This document shows positions 18,162-26,949 of a stretch of DNA of 64,000 bases, piece by piece. Each line of letters starts with the position of its first letter. Position 1 is the stretch's first letter. Origin of the DNA: an uncultured Spirochaetota bacterium (lineage in GTDB: Bacteria; Spirochaetota; Spirochaetia; JAFGXN01); contig CALXOJ010000010.1 in assembly GCA_944390005.1 (NCBI GenBank), positions 610 through 64,609 on the forward strand. The letters run 5' to 3'. The translations under genes and the position numbers were made by a program. The notes under the pieces are model-generated. The model was not told where the DNA came from. It did not search any database and was given only the letters and a program-made list of their open reading frames with translations.

Positions 18162-18904
18162 AGCAGTTTGTCATTGATTCGGCTTCCGTTTGCGGCGAAA
18201 AAGCCGTCATTCGCGGTAAAGATTTTCATTATCTGGTGCACGTTCGCCGTTGCCGCGTCGGTTCTCGGTTTTCGGTTGTCGACGAAACCGGCCGCCGTTA
18301 CGAAGCCTCGGTGACAGTTATTTCTCCGGACGAATGTGTTTTGACCTTAACCGCGGTCGAGAGCGTTCCGACCGAGGAAAAACCGGCAGCCGAATTGATT
18401 CTCATTCAATGTCTGCCGAAAGCAAAAAAAATGGATTTGATTGTCCGGCAGGCGGTTGAGGCGGCTGTCTGTCGGGTGGTGCCGGCGGTGAGCCGTTACT
18501 GTATTTCCCGTCCCGACGCGCGGGCGGCAGTCGAAAAAGTACGGCGGTGGCAGCTTATCGCTCGTGAGGCGATTCAGCAAAGCGGCAGTGCGGTCGGCAC
18601 AACCGTTGACGCCATTGCTTCGTTGGAAACTGCGGCTGACAAATTTTCCGATTGCGACTGCAGGCTTTTTTTTCACCATTTGCCGCTGCCGAATCAGGTC
18701 AGGCTTCATGATGCGGTTCCCGGTGCGAAGCGGATTGTGTTTGTTATCGGTCCGGAAGGCGGACTTGATGACGGTGAAACAGAGATGCTGTCGCAAAAAG
18801 GCTTTCGGTCGGTTTATTTGGGGCGGAACATTTTGAGATGCGAAACGGCGCCTCTTTACGCGGCGGCGGCGGTCAATATTATTTTGGAGGAGTGTCAAAA
18901 ATGA
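18158..18904 (+). CDS. rsmE: 16S rRNA (uracil1498-N3)-methyltransferase
   Basis: PUA-like N-terminus; GPEGGL...E and LGRNILRCETA motifs. ATGA overlap with ctp. Confidence 0.85.
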   Translation: MKQFVIDSASVCGEKAVIRGKDFHYLVHVRRCRVGSRFSVVDETGRRYEASVTVISPDECVLTLTAVESVPTEEKPAAELILIQCLPKAKKMDLIVRQAVEAAVCRVVPAVSRYCISRPDARAAVEKVRRWQLIAREAIQQSGSAVGTTVDAIASLETAADKFSDCDCRLFFHHLPLPNQVRLHDAVPGAKRIVFVIGPEGGLDDGETEMLSQKGFRSVYLGRNILRCETAPLYAAAAVNIILEECQK

Positions 18905-19659
18905 GTATCAGCGGCGTTAAAAGAGAATTTCTTCTTGATATCCCCATCGATTACGTTGAAGAGGGAAATTTAAAAGAAATCATTTGGGCGTTATCCGATA
19001 ACAAAGAGCGGAATCCGATCGTCTTTTTAACGTTCAAAGATTTCATGCGCGCCCGTCGGAACAAAAAATATCGGCAAATGGTCGAGAAAGCGGCGTTAGT
19101 GATTCCCGTTTCGCGAGTCATTACCGACGGTTTTCGTTTTTGCGGAATGCCGGAACCGCCGCGGTTCATGCCGTTTTCCTTTATCATTCGCACGTTTAAA
19201 ATTTTGGAAGACCGGGGGCAGTCGGTTTCGTTTTTGGGAGGAACGACACAAGAAGTCAACACGGCTGCCGCCAATATCCGCGCTTCGTTTCCGGCGTTGA
19301 AAATCGTCGGTCGTTATAAAGGGCGTTTTTCCTCTGCGGCGGAAGAGCAAACGGTTCTGACAGCCGTCAAAAAGTCGGCGCCGACGTTTTTTTTGGTCGG
19401 AGCGCGTATCCGCAAACGAGCTGAATGGCTTTTTTCTCATCTTGACGAATTTTCACCCGGACTGTTTGTTTACAATGAAGAAATGATTGACATCATGTCT
19501 CGAAAAAAAGAGTCGCCCGATGAGAGAAAGTGGCAAAAACGTAAAGACAAAGGCTGCCGGTTTGCATATTGGCACTATCGAATACTGCTGAGAAAATTCC
19601 GTAAAAAACGGCGAATGCAGGAAGCCGCCGGCATTTCCGCTGAAGAAAAAAACGATTGA
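18901..19659 (+). CDS. WecG/TagA/CpsF-family glycosyltransferase-like protein
   Basis: Family architecture is present (ITDG..., FLGG, IVGRY..., FLVG). I prefer ATG 18901 (GGAGG upstream, ATGA overlap with rsmE) over the listed 18838 start. Confidence 0.5.
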   Translation: MSISGVKREFLLDIPIDYVEEGNLKEIIWALSDNKERNPIVFLTFKDFMRARRNKKYRQMVEKAALVIPVSRVITDGFRFCGMPEPPRFMPFSFIIRTFKILEDRGQSVSFLGGTTQEVNTAAANIRASFPALKIVGRYKGRFSSAAEEQTVLTAVKKSAPTFFLVGARIRKRAEWLFSHLDEFSPGLFVYNEEMIDIMSRKKESPDERKWQKRKDKGCRFAYWHYRILLRKFRKKRRMQEAAGISAEEKND

Positions 19660-19684
19660 CAAACCGGCATTCCGAAATTAAAAT
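19656..19684 (+). promoter_or_regulatory. near-consensus sigma70 promoter; predicted leaderless mRNA for the nitroreductase gene
   Basis: TTGACA (19656-61), 17 nt spacer, TAAAAT (19679-84), 6 nt, ATG at 19691. No SD. The -35 overlaps the upstream stop codon. Confidence 0.65.
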
Positions 19685-19690
19685 AGTGCC

Positions 19691-20344
19691 ATGAAAAAGA
19701 AAAATTCGATTTTGTTTTTATTTTGTCTGACAGCGGTTTTTGCCGCATTATTTTCCGGCTGTGTGAAGGTCGAAGTCTCCGATACAAAAACCGACTCTGA
19801 TGAGCAGAACGTCTCTTTTTCGGAACTCATTCTTTCTCGAAGAAGCATTCGTTCTTATCAACCGCAGCCCGTTGAACGCGAAAAAATGGAAGAGATTGTA
19901 AAGTGCGGCATTTATGCACCGAGCGCCCTGAACCGCCAGTCGTGGGAAGTTCGCATCGTTGACAATCCCGAATTCATCAACGGCGTTACGGAACTTTTCA
20001 AAAAGGAAAACCCTGCGGCTGCCGACAATCCGAATTTTAAGAATATGTTTGTTAATGCGCCGACTGTTGCGTTTATCGCCAACGACACCGAATTTCCGTA
20101 TTCAGTTCTCGATTGCGGACTTCTCGGAGAAAATATGATGTTAGCGGCGTGGTCGAAGGGAATCGGTTCCTGCTGTTTGGGAGGCGCGACGGCATTTTTG
20201 AATTCCGAAGCGGCTGCCGAATACCTCAATCGGCTTGATTTTTCCGACGGTTACCGACTTTTATATTGCATCGCTTTCGGTTATCCCAATGAAACGCCTT
20301 CCGCTCCTCCTCGGCAGCCGGAAAAAGTGCGGTTTATCGACTGA
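19691..20344 (+). CDS. nitroreductase-family flavoprotein with a lipoprotein signal peptide
   Basis: Lipobox LFSGC. RRSIRSY and the nitroreductase fold follow. Confidence 0.8.
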   Translation: MKKKNSILFLFCLTAVFAALFSGCVKVEVSDTKTDSDEQNVSFSELILSRRSIRSYQPQPVEREKMEEIVKCGIYAPSALNRQSWEVRIVDNPEFINGVTELFKKENPAAADNPNFKNMFVNAPTVAFIANDTEFPYSVLDCGLLGENMMLAAWSKGIGSCCLGGATAFLNSEAAAEYLNRLDFSDGYRLLYCIAFGYPNETPSAPPRQPEKVRFID

Positions 20345-20374
20345 CATTCTCAAAAGAGGCGGAGCGCAGCGTTT

Positions 20375-21112
20375 TCAGCGGTTCCGCCACTGTGTTTTGG
20401 CAACGCATACTTCGGTTTGATCTGACGTTCGCACCAGACGGTGAAACGCTTCCGTTTCCGTCAGTTCGGTTTTGATTTCAATCGGCTGTTTGGCGTAAAT
20501 TTCCGCTTTAAAAAAGATATCGACGCGGGCAAGGTTTTTATTCGCCCTGAATTCTTGCGGAATCGATTCAAAACAGGCGATGAGATAGTTGATGTTGTTG
20601 ATATGAGCGTTTAAATCTTGTTCCGAAGTTCGCGGATTCCACGTATACGAAAACGTCTCAAATTCAGTTTCCGGCGACAGCGGCGAAAAATGTCCCGGTT
20701 TCACGCCAGGAAGCGCCGGCTCGCAAAGAATCAGTTCTCGATCTCCGAACAAATCCAATCCAACAGGACGGCGGCTTTTTTCGTCAATAATGACCCATGA
20801 CGAAGTGCCTTTTGCCGACATGGTTTTGGATTCGGCAGTGAAGTCTCTGAATAAACGAACGCCGGTTCTGTTCAACGCCCATGTCGAAACGGAGACCTGT
20901 TCGTTCCATTCAGGCATTTCGCCTTCGAAAACAACGGTCATTGCGTTGATAACCCAACCGAGATCTTTTTTGGCCAGTTCAAAGCCGCTCATTTGCAGTT
21001 TCTGAAGGTCAATTGAAGCAGCATCCTGAAAATAACTGATGACATGATATGGCTGAAGCCGTCCGTTTGAGTCTAATTCGCTAAGGCGAACCGGAAATGA
21101 ATGTGCTGACAT
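20375..21112 (-). CDS. acyl-ACP thioesterase (double hotdog)
   Basis: About 245 aa with the FatA/B-like N-terminus SELDSNGRLQPYHVISYFQDAA. TAATG overlap with the nfnB stop. Confidence 0.7.
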   Translation of the reverse strand: MSAHSFPVRLSELDSNGRLQPYHVISYFQDAASIDLQKLQMSGFELAKKDLGWVINAMTVVFEGEMPEWNEQVSVSTWALNRTGVRLFRDFTAESKTMSAKGTSSWVIIDEKSRRPVGLDLFGDRELILCEPALPGVKPGHFSPLSPETEFETFSYTWNPRTSEQDLNAHINNINYLIACFESIPQEFRANKNLARVDIFFKAEIYAKQPIEIKTELTETEAFHRLVRTSDQTEVCVAKTQWRNR

Positions 21113-22584
21113 TAGCTTTTTAACCGTTCATTGATAGCTTTAGCCGCTTCGCGTCCCTGCCCCATAGCCGAGATAACGGTGGCTGCACCAAGAACGATGT
21201 CTCCTCCTGCAAAAACACTTTTTAAGGATGTTTCCATATTATCATTAACAATAATATTGCCTTTTTCGTTAAATTGAATTTCCGGGACAGTCTGCCGAAT
21301 CAGAGGATTGGAACGGCTGCCGATTGCAATGATGACCGTATCGAACTCCAGCAGCTCTTCGCTGCCGTCAACACGAACCGGCGAACGGCGGCCGGAAGCG
21401 TCAGGTTCTCCCAATTCAAACGAAACGGTTTCCACTTGTTTGACGCGGCCGTTTTCGTCGCCGATGATGCGGCTGATGTTTTTCAGCATCAGAAATTCGA
21501 TACCTTCTTCTTTTGCGTGTTGAACTTCTTCTTTGCGCGCCGGCATCTCTTTTTCGGTTCGGCGGTAAATGACTGAAACTTTTTCGGCGCCCATTCGGAC
21601 AGCGGTACGCGCCGCATCCATAGCGACATTTCCGCCGCCGAGAATGGCAACCCGTTTCGAAGTGTACATCGGCGTCAGTGCGCGGTCTTTATCATAAGCT
21701 TTCATCAAATTCGAGCGGGTCAAATATTCGTTGGCGGCAAAAACTCCAACCAGATTTTCACCTTCAACCCCGGCAAAGACCGGTAATCCGGCGCCGACGG
21801 CAATAAAAGCGGCGTCAAAACCTTCCTTATCCATCAAATCTTTCAATTTGCGGGTTTTTCCGACCAGAAAATCGGGACGGATTTCGACGCCTGCTTTTTT
21901 CAGGTTTTCGATTTCTTTTTCGACAATGGCTTTCGGCAGACGGAATTCCGGTATGCCGTAAACGGTGACGCCGCCCGGTTTGTTGAGCGCTTCGCAAATT
22001 ACGACGCGGTGACCGGCTTTGCGGCAGTCGGCGGCACAGGTGATTCCGGCCGGCCCCGATCCGATAATCAGAACTTTTTTCCCCGTTTCGGGCGCCGTTT
22101 TGACCGGTTCCGCTTCGACGTTGTCCGCTAAAAATCTCTCCACTCGTCCGATGGAAACCGCTTGATCAACGTCTTTCAAAGCTTTCCCCATGGTGCAGTT
22201 TTTCTGACACTGCGTTTCTTGAGGACAAACACGGCCGCACATTGCCGGTAAAAGTGAATCACGGCGGATGACCTTCAATCCTTCTTTAAAATTTTCCTCG
22301 GCCACTGCTTTTAAAAATTCCGGAATATTGATGTGAACGGGGCAGTCTTTGACGCACGGTGCGTTTTTGCATTGCAGACATCGGGATGCTTCGACAACGG
22401 CCTGGGCTTCGGAGTAGCCGAGCGCCACTTCTTCCATATTGCGGGCGCGAACAGATGCTTCTTGATTCGGCATTTCCTGAGCCGGAATTTTCATTTTTTC
22501 TGCCGGAGTCAGCGTTTTCCCGGCATATAAGCGGCGGAGCGCCTCGGCTTCCGCGTTTGCTTCTTCAACGGTTTTTTGATTCAT
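21112..22584 (-). CDS. nfnB: NADH-dependent reduced ferredoxin:NADP+ oxidoreductase large subunit (GltD/SudA-like)
   Basis: Two 4Fe-4S motifs (CLQCKNAPCVKDCP, CGRVCPQETQCQKNC) and two dinucleotide folds (GSGPAG, GGGNVAMD). ATG 22584 makes an ATGA overlap with nfnA. Confidence 0.8.
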   Translation of the reverse strand: MNQKTVEEANAEAEALRRLYAGKTLTPAEKMKIPAQEMPNQEASVRARNMEEVALGYSEAQAVVEASRCLQCKNAPCVKDCPVHINIPEFLKAVAEENFKEGLKVIRRDSLLPAMCGRVCPQETQCQKNCTMGKALKDVDQAVSIGRVERFLADNVEAEPVKTAPETGKKVLIIGSGPAGITCAADCRKAGHRVVICEALNKPGGVTVYGIPEFRLPKAIVEKEIENLKKAGVEIRPDFLVGKTRKLKDLMDKEGFDAAFIAVGAGLPVFAGVEGENLVGVFAANEYLTRSNLMKAYDKDRALTPMYTSKRVAILGGGNVAMDAARTAVRMGAEKVSVIYRRTEKEMPARKEEVQHAKEEGIEFLMLKNISRIIGDENGRVKQVETVSFELGEPDASGRRSPVRVDGSEELLEFDTVIIAIGSRSNPLIRQTVPEIQFNEKGNIIVNDNMETSLKSVFAGGDIVLGAATVISAMGQGREAAKAINERLKS

Positions 22585-23411
22585 GTCGATAACCCTATGC
22601 GGCACTTGTGTTCTTCTTCTTTCTTGAATGAGCCGAGACGGAGCATCATATTGTCGAAGTCGACTTGATGAGCATCGAATTCGGGCCCGTCAACGCAGAC
22701 AAATTGCGTTTTTCCGCCGACACTGACGCGGCAGCCGCCGCACATTCCGGTTCCGTCAATCATAATGGTGTTCAGCGAAGCGATTGTCGGAATATTGAAC
22801 GGCTTTGTGGTCAGTGCGCAGAATTTCATCATCACTGCCGGTCCGATGGTGACAACAAAATTCGGTTTTTCTGCCGCCGATTCGCACAGCCGTTTCAGCG
22901 GTGCGGTGACGACGCCTTTTTCTCCGCGGCTGCCGTCATCGGTCACAATGATGACGTTATCGGCGGCAGCACGCATTTCCGGTTCAAGGATAATCAGTTC
23001 GGCGGTCCGGGCTCCGATGATGACGGTTACGTGATTTCCCGCCGCCTTCAACGCTTTGACTATGGGATAAAGCGGCGCTGTTCCGATTCCGCCTCCGACA
23101 CAAACAACGCGGCCGAAATTTTCGATATGGGTCGGTTTTCCCAAAGGCCCCAAAATATTGACGATTTCATCATCCTCTTTCAAACGAGCCAATGCGCGTG
23201 TGGAAGCACCGATCGCCGCAAAAATCAGCCGAATCGTGCCTTTTTCGGCATCGGCATCGACAATCGTCAGAGGAATGCGTTCTGAGAATTCGTTGTCGGC
23301 TTGAACGATGACAAATTGTCCCGCTTGCCGTTCTTCGGCAATCAACGGCGCGCTTACTGTAATATCAAAAACATTTTCCGATAAACGGTTTTTCTTTATG
23401 ATTTTATGCAT
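22581..23411 (-). CDS. nfnA: NfnA / SudB / PyrK-like FAD and [2Fe-2S] subunit
   Basis: FNR-like fold with C-terminal DGTGMCGGCRV cluster motif. Confidence 0.8.
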   Translation of the reverse strand: MHKIIKKNRLSENVFDITVSAPLIAEERQAGQFVIVQADNEFSERIPLTIVDADAEKGTIRLIFAAIGASTRALARLKEDDEIVNILGPLGKPTHIENFGRVVCVGGGIGTAPLYPIVKALKAAGNHVTVIIGARTAELIILEPEMRAAADNVIIVTDDGSRGEKGVVTAPLKRLCESAAEKPNFVVTIGPAVMMKFCALTTKPFNIPTIASLNTIMIDGTGMCGGCRVSVGGKTQFVCVDGPEFDAHQVDFDNMMLRLGSFKKEEEHKCRIGLST

Positions 23412-23422
23412 CTCGCCTCCTG

Positions 23423-24712
23423 TTATGGCTGCAGATAGATTGTTTCATTTCGGGTTTTTATCTGAATTTTTACGAAAAAAGTGTTTCCGGTTGCGTTAAA
23501 ATAGGCGCCGGAATAATAATTCTGAAACAACGGGTCGCGGTTCCAACTCAAATTATACATTTGATAATGAGAGAGAGAAGGAAGTCCGCAGATGATGAAA
23601 AAGAATGTTTGACCGATCGGTTCGTCAAACGAAACAGTAAGAGTTCTGTCAGCAGATCCAAAACGAACGTTTTCGGGAGCACCGTAAGTGATCAAACGCA
23701 AACCGTCGACCGAAACCGTTTTGTAATGAGGAAAATAAGTTGGATTAAACAAATCGTAAAACTCTTCAAACGGCGTCTGCGGATTTGATTCCCAATAAGT
23801 GGCGACAACAGTTTTTCCGACATCCGACCACCGTTTGTTTTGAAAGTTTTCTCCGGCAGCGACCAGTACCTGTCCGCAGTAGAGCGAGTCCGATTCACCA
23901 ACAGAGTAAATGTTATTGTTTTTGACGACAAGAGAAATCAAACGGTCGGCAGCGGCTGATATTCCCGGCAGATTCAGCTGCAGCCGATGGCAAATATCGA
24001 TAAATCCGGCTGCCTGACGGGCAGTCCAATCCTCAAATGATTTGAAGTCGGTCAAAAGCGGTTCGACAGAATCTTTTGAAAATCCCGAAATGCCGACGGA
24101 AATCAAATCGGCAATCAGTCGGCTGTTTTCGAAAACGGCAGGATTTTTTTCGGTTAAAGCCGTACGTACACCGGAAGCGGCAGCGGCCAATTCATTTTGT
24201 CGGCTGCGTTCGGCAGTGATAACATCGCCGGCTCCGGAAACGGCAGCGGCAAGGGTGATTTGTCCGCGGTAAGTATTTTGAGCCGATTCGATTTGCGCCA
24301 TCGGAAAATCAGTCAACCCTTTTTGTAAGCGGTAAGCGTTCATCGCCGGCAGTTTGCGGTTAACGGTATCGAGGTCGGCCGTCGGATTGGCTGTAAAGCG
24401 GCTGTACGCGGCTTGAAGCGCAGCGTTGACCACGGCATCGTACCGTGCAACGGCCTCTAACGAAACGGGATTCAGACGTTCATCATTTTGACGCCGAGCC
24501 GCTTCTTCGGCTTTACGAGCTTCTTCTTTCGCCAATCGGGCCGCTTCTTTTTCGGCTTTACGAGCTTCTCTTGCCAAACGGCGCTGTTCGGCAGCCTGCG
24601 GGTTCCGAAGCTGCGGAAACGCTTCAATAGAATCGAGATAAAGCCCAAAAAAGAGACAGGAGAAGAGAATATAGATAACAGGAACAATTCCCCAAGGCGA
24701 TTTTCGTTTCAT
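23423..24712 (-). CDS. hypothetical membrane-anchored protein with a charged AR(K/E)AE repeat segment
   Basis: One N-terminal TM helix, then REARKAEKEAARLAKEEARKAEEAARR. The rest has no recognisable motif. Confidence 0.5.
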   Translation of the reverse strand: MKRKSPWGIVPVIYILFSCLFFGLYLDSIEAFPQLRNPQAAEQRRLAREARKAEKEAARLAKEEARKAEEAARRQNDERLNPVSLEAVARYDAVVNAALQAAYSRFTANPTADLDTVNRKLPAMNAYRLQKGLTDFPMAQIESAQNTYRGQITLAAAVSGAGDVITAERSRQNELAAAASGVRTALTEKNPAVFENSRLIADLISVGISGFSKDSVEPLLTDFKSFEDWTARQAAGFIDICHRLQLNLPGISAAADRLISLVVKNNNIYSVGESDSLYCGQVLVAAGENFQNKRWSDVGKTVVATYWESNPQTPFEEFYDLFNPTYFPHYKTVSVDGLRLITYGAPENVRFGSADRTLTVSFDEPIGQTFFFIICGLPSLSHYQMYNLSWNRDPLFQNYYSGAYFNATGNTFFVKIQIKTRNETIYLQP

Positions 24713-24774
24713 TTTTTAATTTAGTAAAGCACTTTCCGCCCGCGATGTCAACCCGGGGGTTACCGGTATCCGAT

Positions 24775-24815
24775 TCGAAATAAAAGAAAACCCTTTGCAG
24801 CTGCAAAGGGTTTAA
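24775..24815 (-). terminator. rho-independent terminator
   Basis: Perfect 10-bp palindrome ccctttgcag/ctgcaaaggg (24791-24810), with a T-rich tail on the minus strand. Confidence 0.75.
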
Positions 24816-24817
24816 AC

Positions 24818-25795
24818 CTATTTTTTCAGCGGATAAATGGCCTCAATGACGTTCGGATCGTTTAAATTGTCGCGTGTGACAAAAATAACGCCGGTATCAA
24901 TGATTTTGGGAGGAGTAACATTATTAACGATATAATTATATAAGCTGCTGATGCCGTTGTATCCCATCAGAAACGGATTTTGAATGATTAATCCTTGAAT
25001 GACATTTTGCTCCAAAAAATTGATTTCTTCAGGAGGCGAGTCAAATCCGATAACATAAATTTCTCCCGCTTTATTAAGAGATTGAATCGCATTGGCGACT
25101 CCGATGGCGGATTCGGAGTTGGTGCAGAAAACAGCACGCAATTCGGGATTGGCTTCGTAAAGCTGCTTGAATTTGACTTCGGCTTCGCTTATCTGTCCGT
25201 TGCAGGAGATCGCATCCAGTAACAGAAAGCGTTTGTCCTCGCTCAAAGAATTCATGAAGCCTTGAACGCGTTCGGTCGTTGTTTGCGAAGTCAAGTCGTT
25301 GGCGATGACAGCAACGGTTCCTCCGGAAACGGCTTGTTTCATCTGCGATGCAGCCATAGCGCCTGCGTTTATATTATCGGTTGCGATGGAGCTCAACGCT
25401 ACGTCGCCTTCAACGCCGCTGTCGAATGTGATTAAAGGAATTTTTGCGTTTTTTGCCGCTTCGGCAATCGGTGTCAGTTTTGCCTTATCGATAGCTGAGA
25501 GCATGATTCCGTCAACATTCATATCGATAGCCCGCTGAACCAAAGCAATTTGCTCGATATATGCATCCGACGTGTGCGCTTCCATTCCATCAAAATAGTA
25601 GTCAACTCCCAATTCAAAAGAGGCCAAGTTGCACCCATAATTGACTTTTTGCCAATAATCGTTTTTAAATGTCATGGCAATGACGGCAAACAAAAGCCGG
25701 TCGGAAGTTTGCGATTGAGAATTTTCTGAACTTTCTTCTTTCTTACACGAAAACAGCATTAAAACAGTCAAAAAAATCAAAAGGATTTTTTTCAT
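24818..25795 (-). CDS. sugar ABC transporter substrate-binding lipoprotein (RbsB/LacI-type periplasmic binding fold)
   Basis: Lipobox LFSC follows MKKILLIFL. ATG 25795 has GGGAGA 5 nt upstream. The listed ORF extends to 25825. Confidence 0.75.
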   Translation of the reverse strand: MKKILLIFLTVLMLFSCKKEESSENSQSQTSDRLLFAVIAMTFKNDYWQKVNYGCNLASFELGVDYYFDGMEAHTSDAYIEQIALVQRAIDMNVDGIMLSAIDKAKLTPIAEAAKNAKIPLITFDSGVEGDVALSSIATDNINAGAMAASQMKQAVSGGTVAVIANDLTSQTTTERVQGFMNSLSEDKRFLLLDAISCNGQISEAEVKFKQLYEANPELRAVFCTNSESAIGVANAIQSLNKAGEIYVIGFDSPPEEINFLEQNVIQGLIIQNPFLMGYNGISSLYNYIVNNVTPPKIIDTGVIFVTRDNLNDPNVIEAIYPLKK

Positions 25796-25870
25796 CGACA
25801 TCTCCCACATTGATTCTCTATTCAATATCGGCTTGATTTTTCAGCAAATTAACGGTGTAGAAAAAAAATC

Positions 25871-25899
25871 TTGCGAATCAAATTTTATAAGTTTAAAAT
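25871..25899 (+). promoter_or_regulatory. sigma70-type promoter; predicted leaderless mRNA for the sigma54 activator
   Basis: TTGCGA (25871-76), 17 nt spacer, TAAAAT (25894-99), 7 nt, ATG at 25907. No SD. Confidence 0.55.
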
Positions 25900-25906
25900 A
25901 ATAAAA

Positions 25907-26932
25907 ATGTTTCATGTTTTGATTTTAGGCGGCAATAAAGGAATTAATTTATACTTTTTGAGCGATAATTCAATCAAAGCAGTTTTTTGCAGCACTGAAT
26001 TCGATATAAAAGAATTGACAAATTTTGACGCGGCTGTCGTTGTTTGCGGTAATCTTTCCGATCTTTTTTTAAGGACGGTCGAACAAGAGTGCCGCCGTTT
26101 GGGAATTCCGATCTTTTATACAAATGAAAAAGATTGCCGGACAACGATTGATGGTCATCGAATTCTTGAGACAATCAAGGTAAAAATCGATCGCATGCGG
26201 GTTCAATCCGAAGATTTATTCATCGGACATTCTGCGGCGATTCAAAAATTGAAAAGAAATGTCAATTATTTATCGAAACAAAATTGCAGTATTTTTATTG
26301 TCGGTGAAACCGGAACCGGAAAAGAAGTTTTAGCGGATTTGATTTTTCGTAAAGCGTCGAATTTTAAACAGGCATTTATTAAAATTAATTGCGCCGCCAT
26401 TCCGCCCGGATTGGCAGAGTCGCAGATGTTTGGCTCTGAAGTGGGAGCGTACACAGACGCTGTTTCATTTGCCGGTTTTTTGGAAAAGGCTCACGGCGGA
26501 ACATTATTTCTCGATGAAATTCCCGATTTGCCTGTTGAATTACAAAGTAAATTTTTGCGGGTTTTGGAAGAAAAAACCTTTTTTCGAATCGGCGGTAAGA
26601 AAAAAATTGATTCCGAATTTCGTTTGATAACAGCCTCAAATCGTCCTCGCTCCGAACTGTTTCGAAATGACGGGTTTAGAAGTGATTTGTATTATCGGAT
26701 CGCCGAATGCGTTTTGGAAATTCCTCCGCTAAGAGAGCGGTTGGAGGACATACCGTTATTGTGTTATCATTTTTTATCTGTCGGAAATAAATGTCTGATT
26801 GCGGATTCGGCGATAGAAAAATTGATGAGTCATCGCTGGCCCGGAAATGTCCGCGAGTTGAAAAATGTGTTGATTCGATCCGAAATCAATGCGGCGGATA
26901 AGATTTTGCGCGCCGACGATATTCTTTTTTAA
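25907..26932 (+). CDS. sigma54-interaction (AAA+) domain protein lacking a C-terminal HTH
   Basis: GETGTGKE, ESQMFGSEVGAYTDA (variant GAFTGA loop), GGTLFLDEI, RSDLYYR and WPGNVRELKN. Only ~22 aa follow sensor II. The ~125 aa N-domain has no obvious receiver Asp pocket. Confidence 0.8.
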   Translation: MFHVLILGGNKGINLYFLSDNSIKAVFCSTEFDIKELTNFDAAVVVCGNLSDLFLRTVEQECRRLGIPIFYTNEKDCRTTIDGHRILETIKVKIDRMRVQSEDLFIGHSAAIQKLKRNVNYLSKQNCSIFIVGETGTGKEVLADLIFRKASNFKQAFIKINCAAIPPGLAESQMFGSEVGAYTDAVSFAGFLEKAHGGTLFLDEIPDLPVELQSKFLRVLEEKTFFRIGGKKKIDSEFRLITASNRPRSELFRNDGFRSDLYYRIAECVLEIPPLRERLEDIPLLCYHFLSVGNKCLIADSAIEKLMSHRWPGNVRELKNVLIRSEINAADKILRADDILF

Positions 26933-26949
26933 CGTTTTTTGTTCGACTA

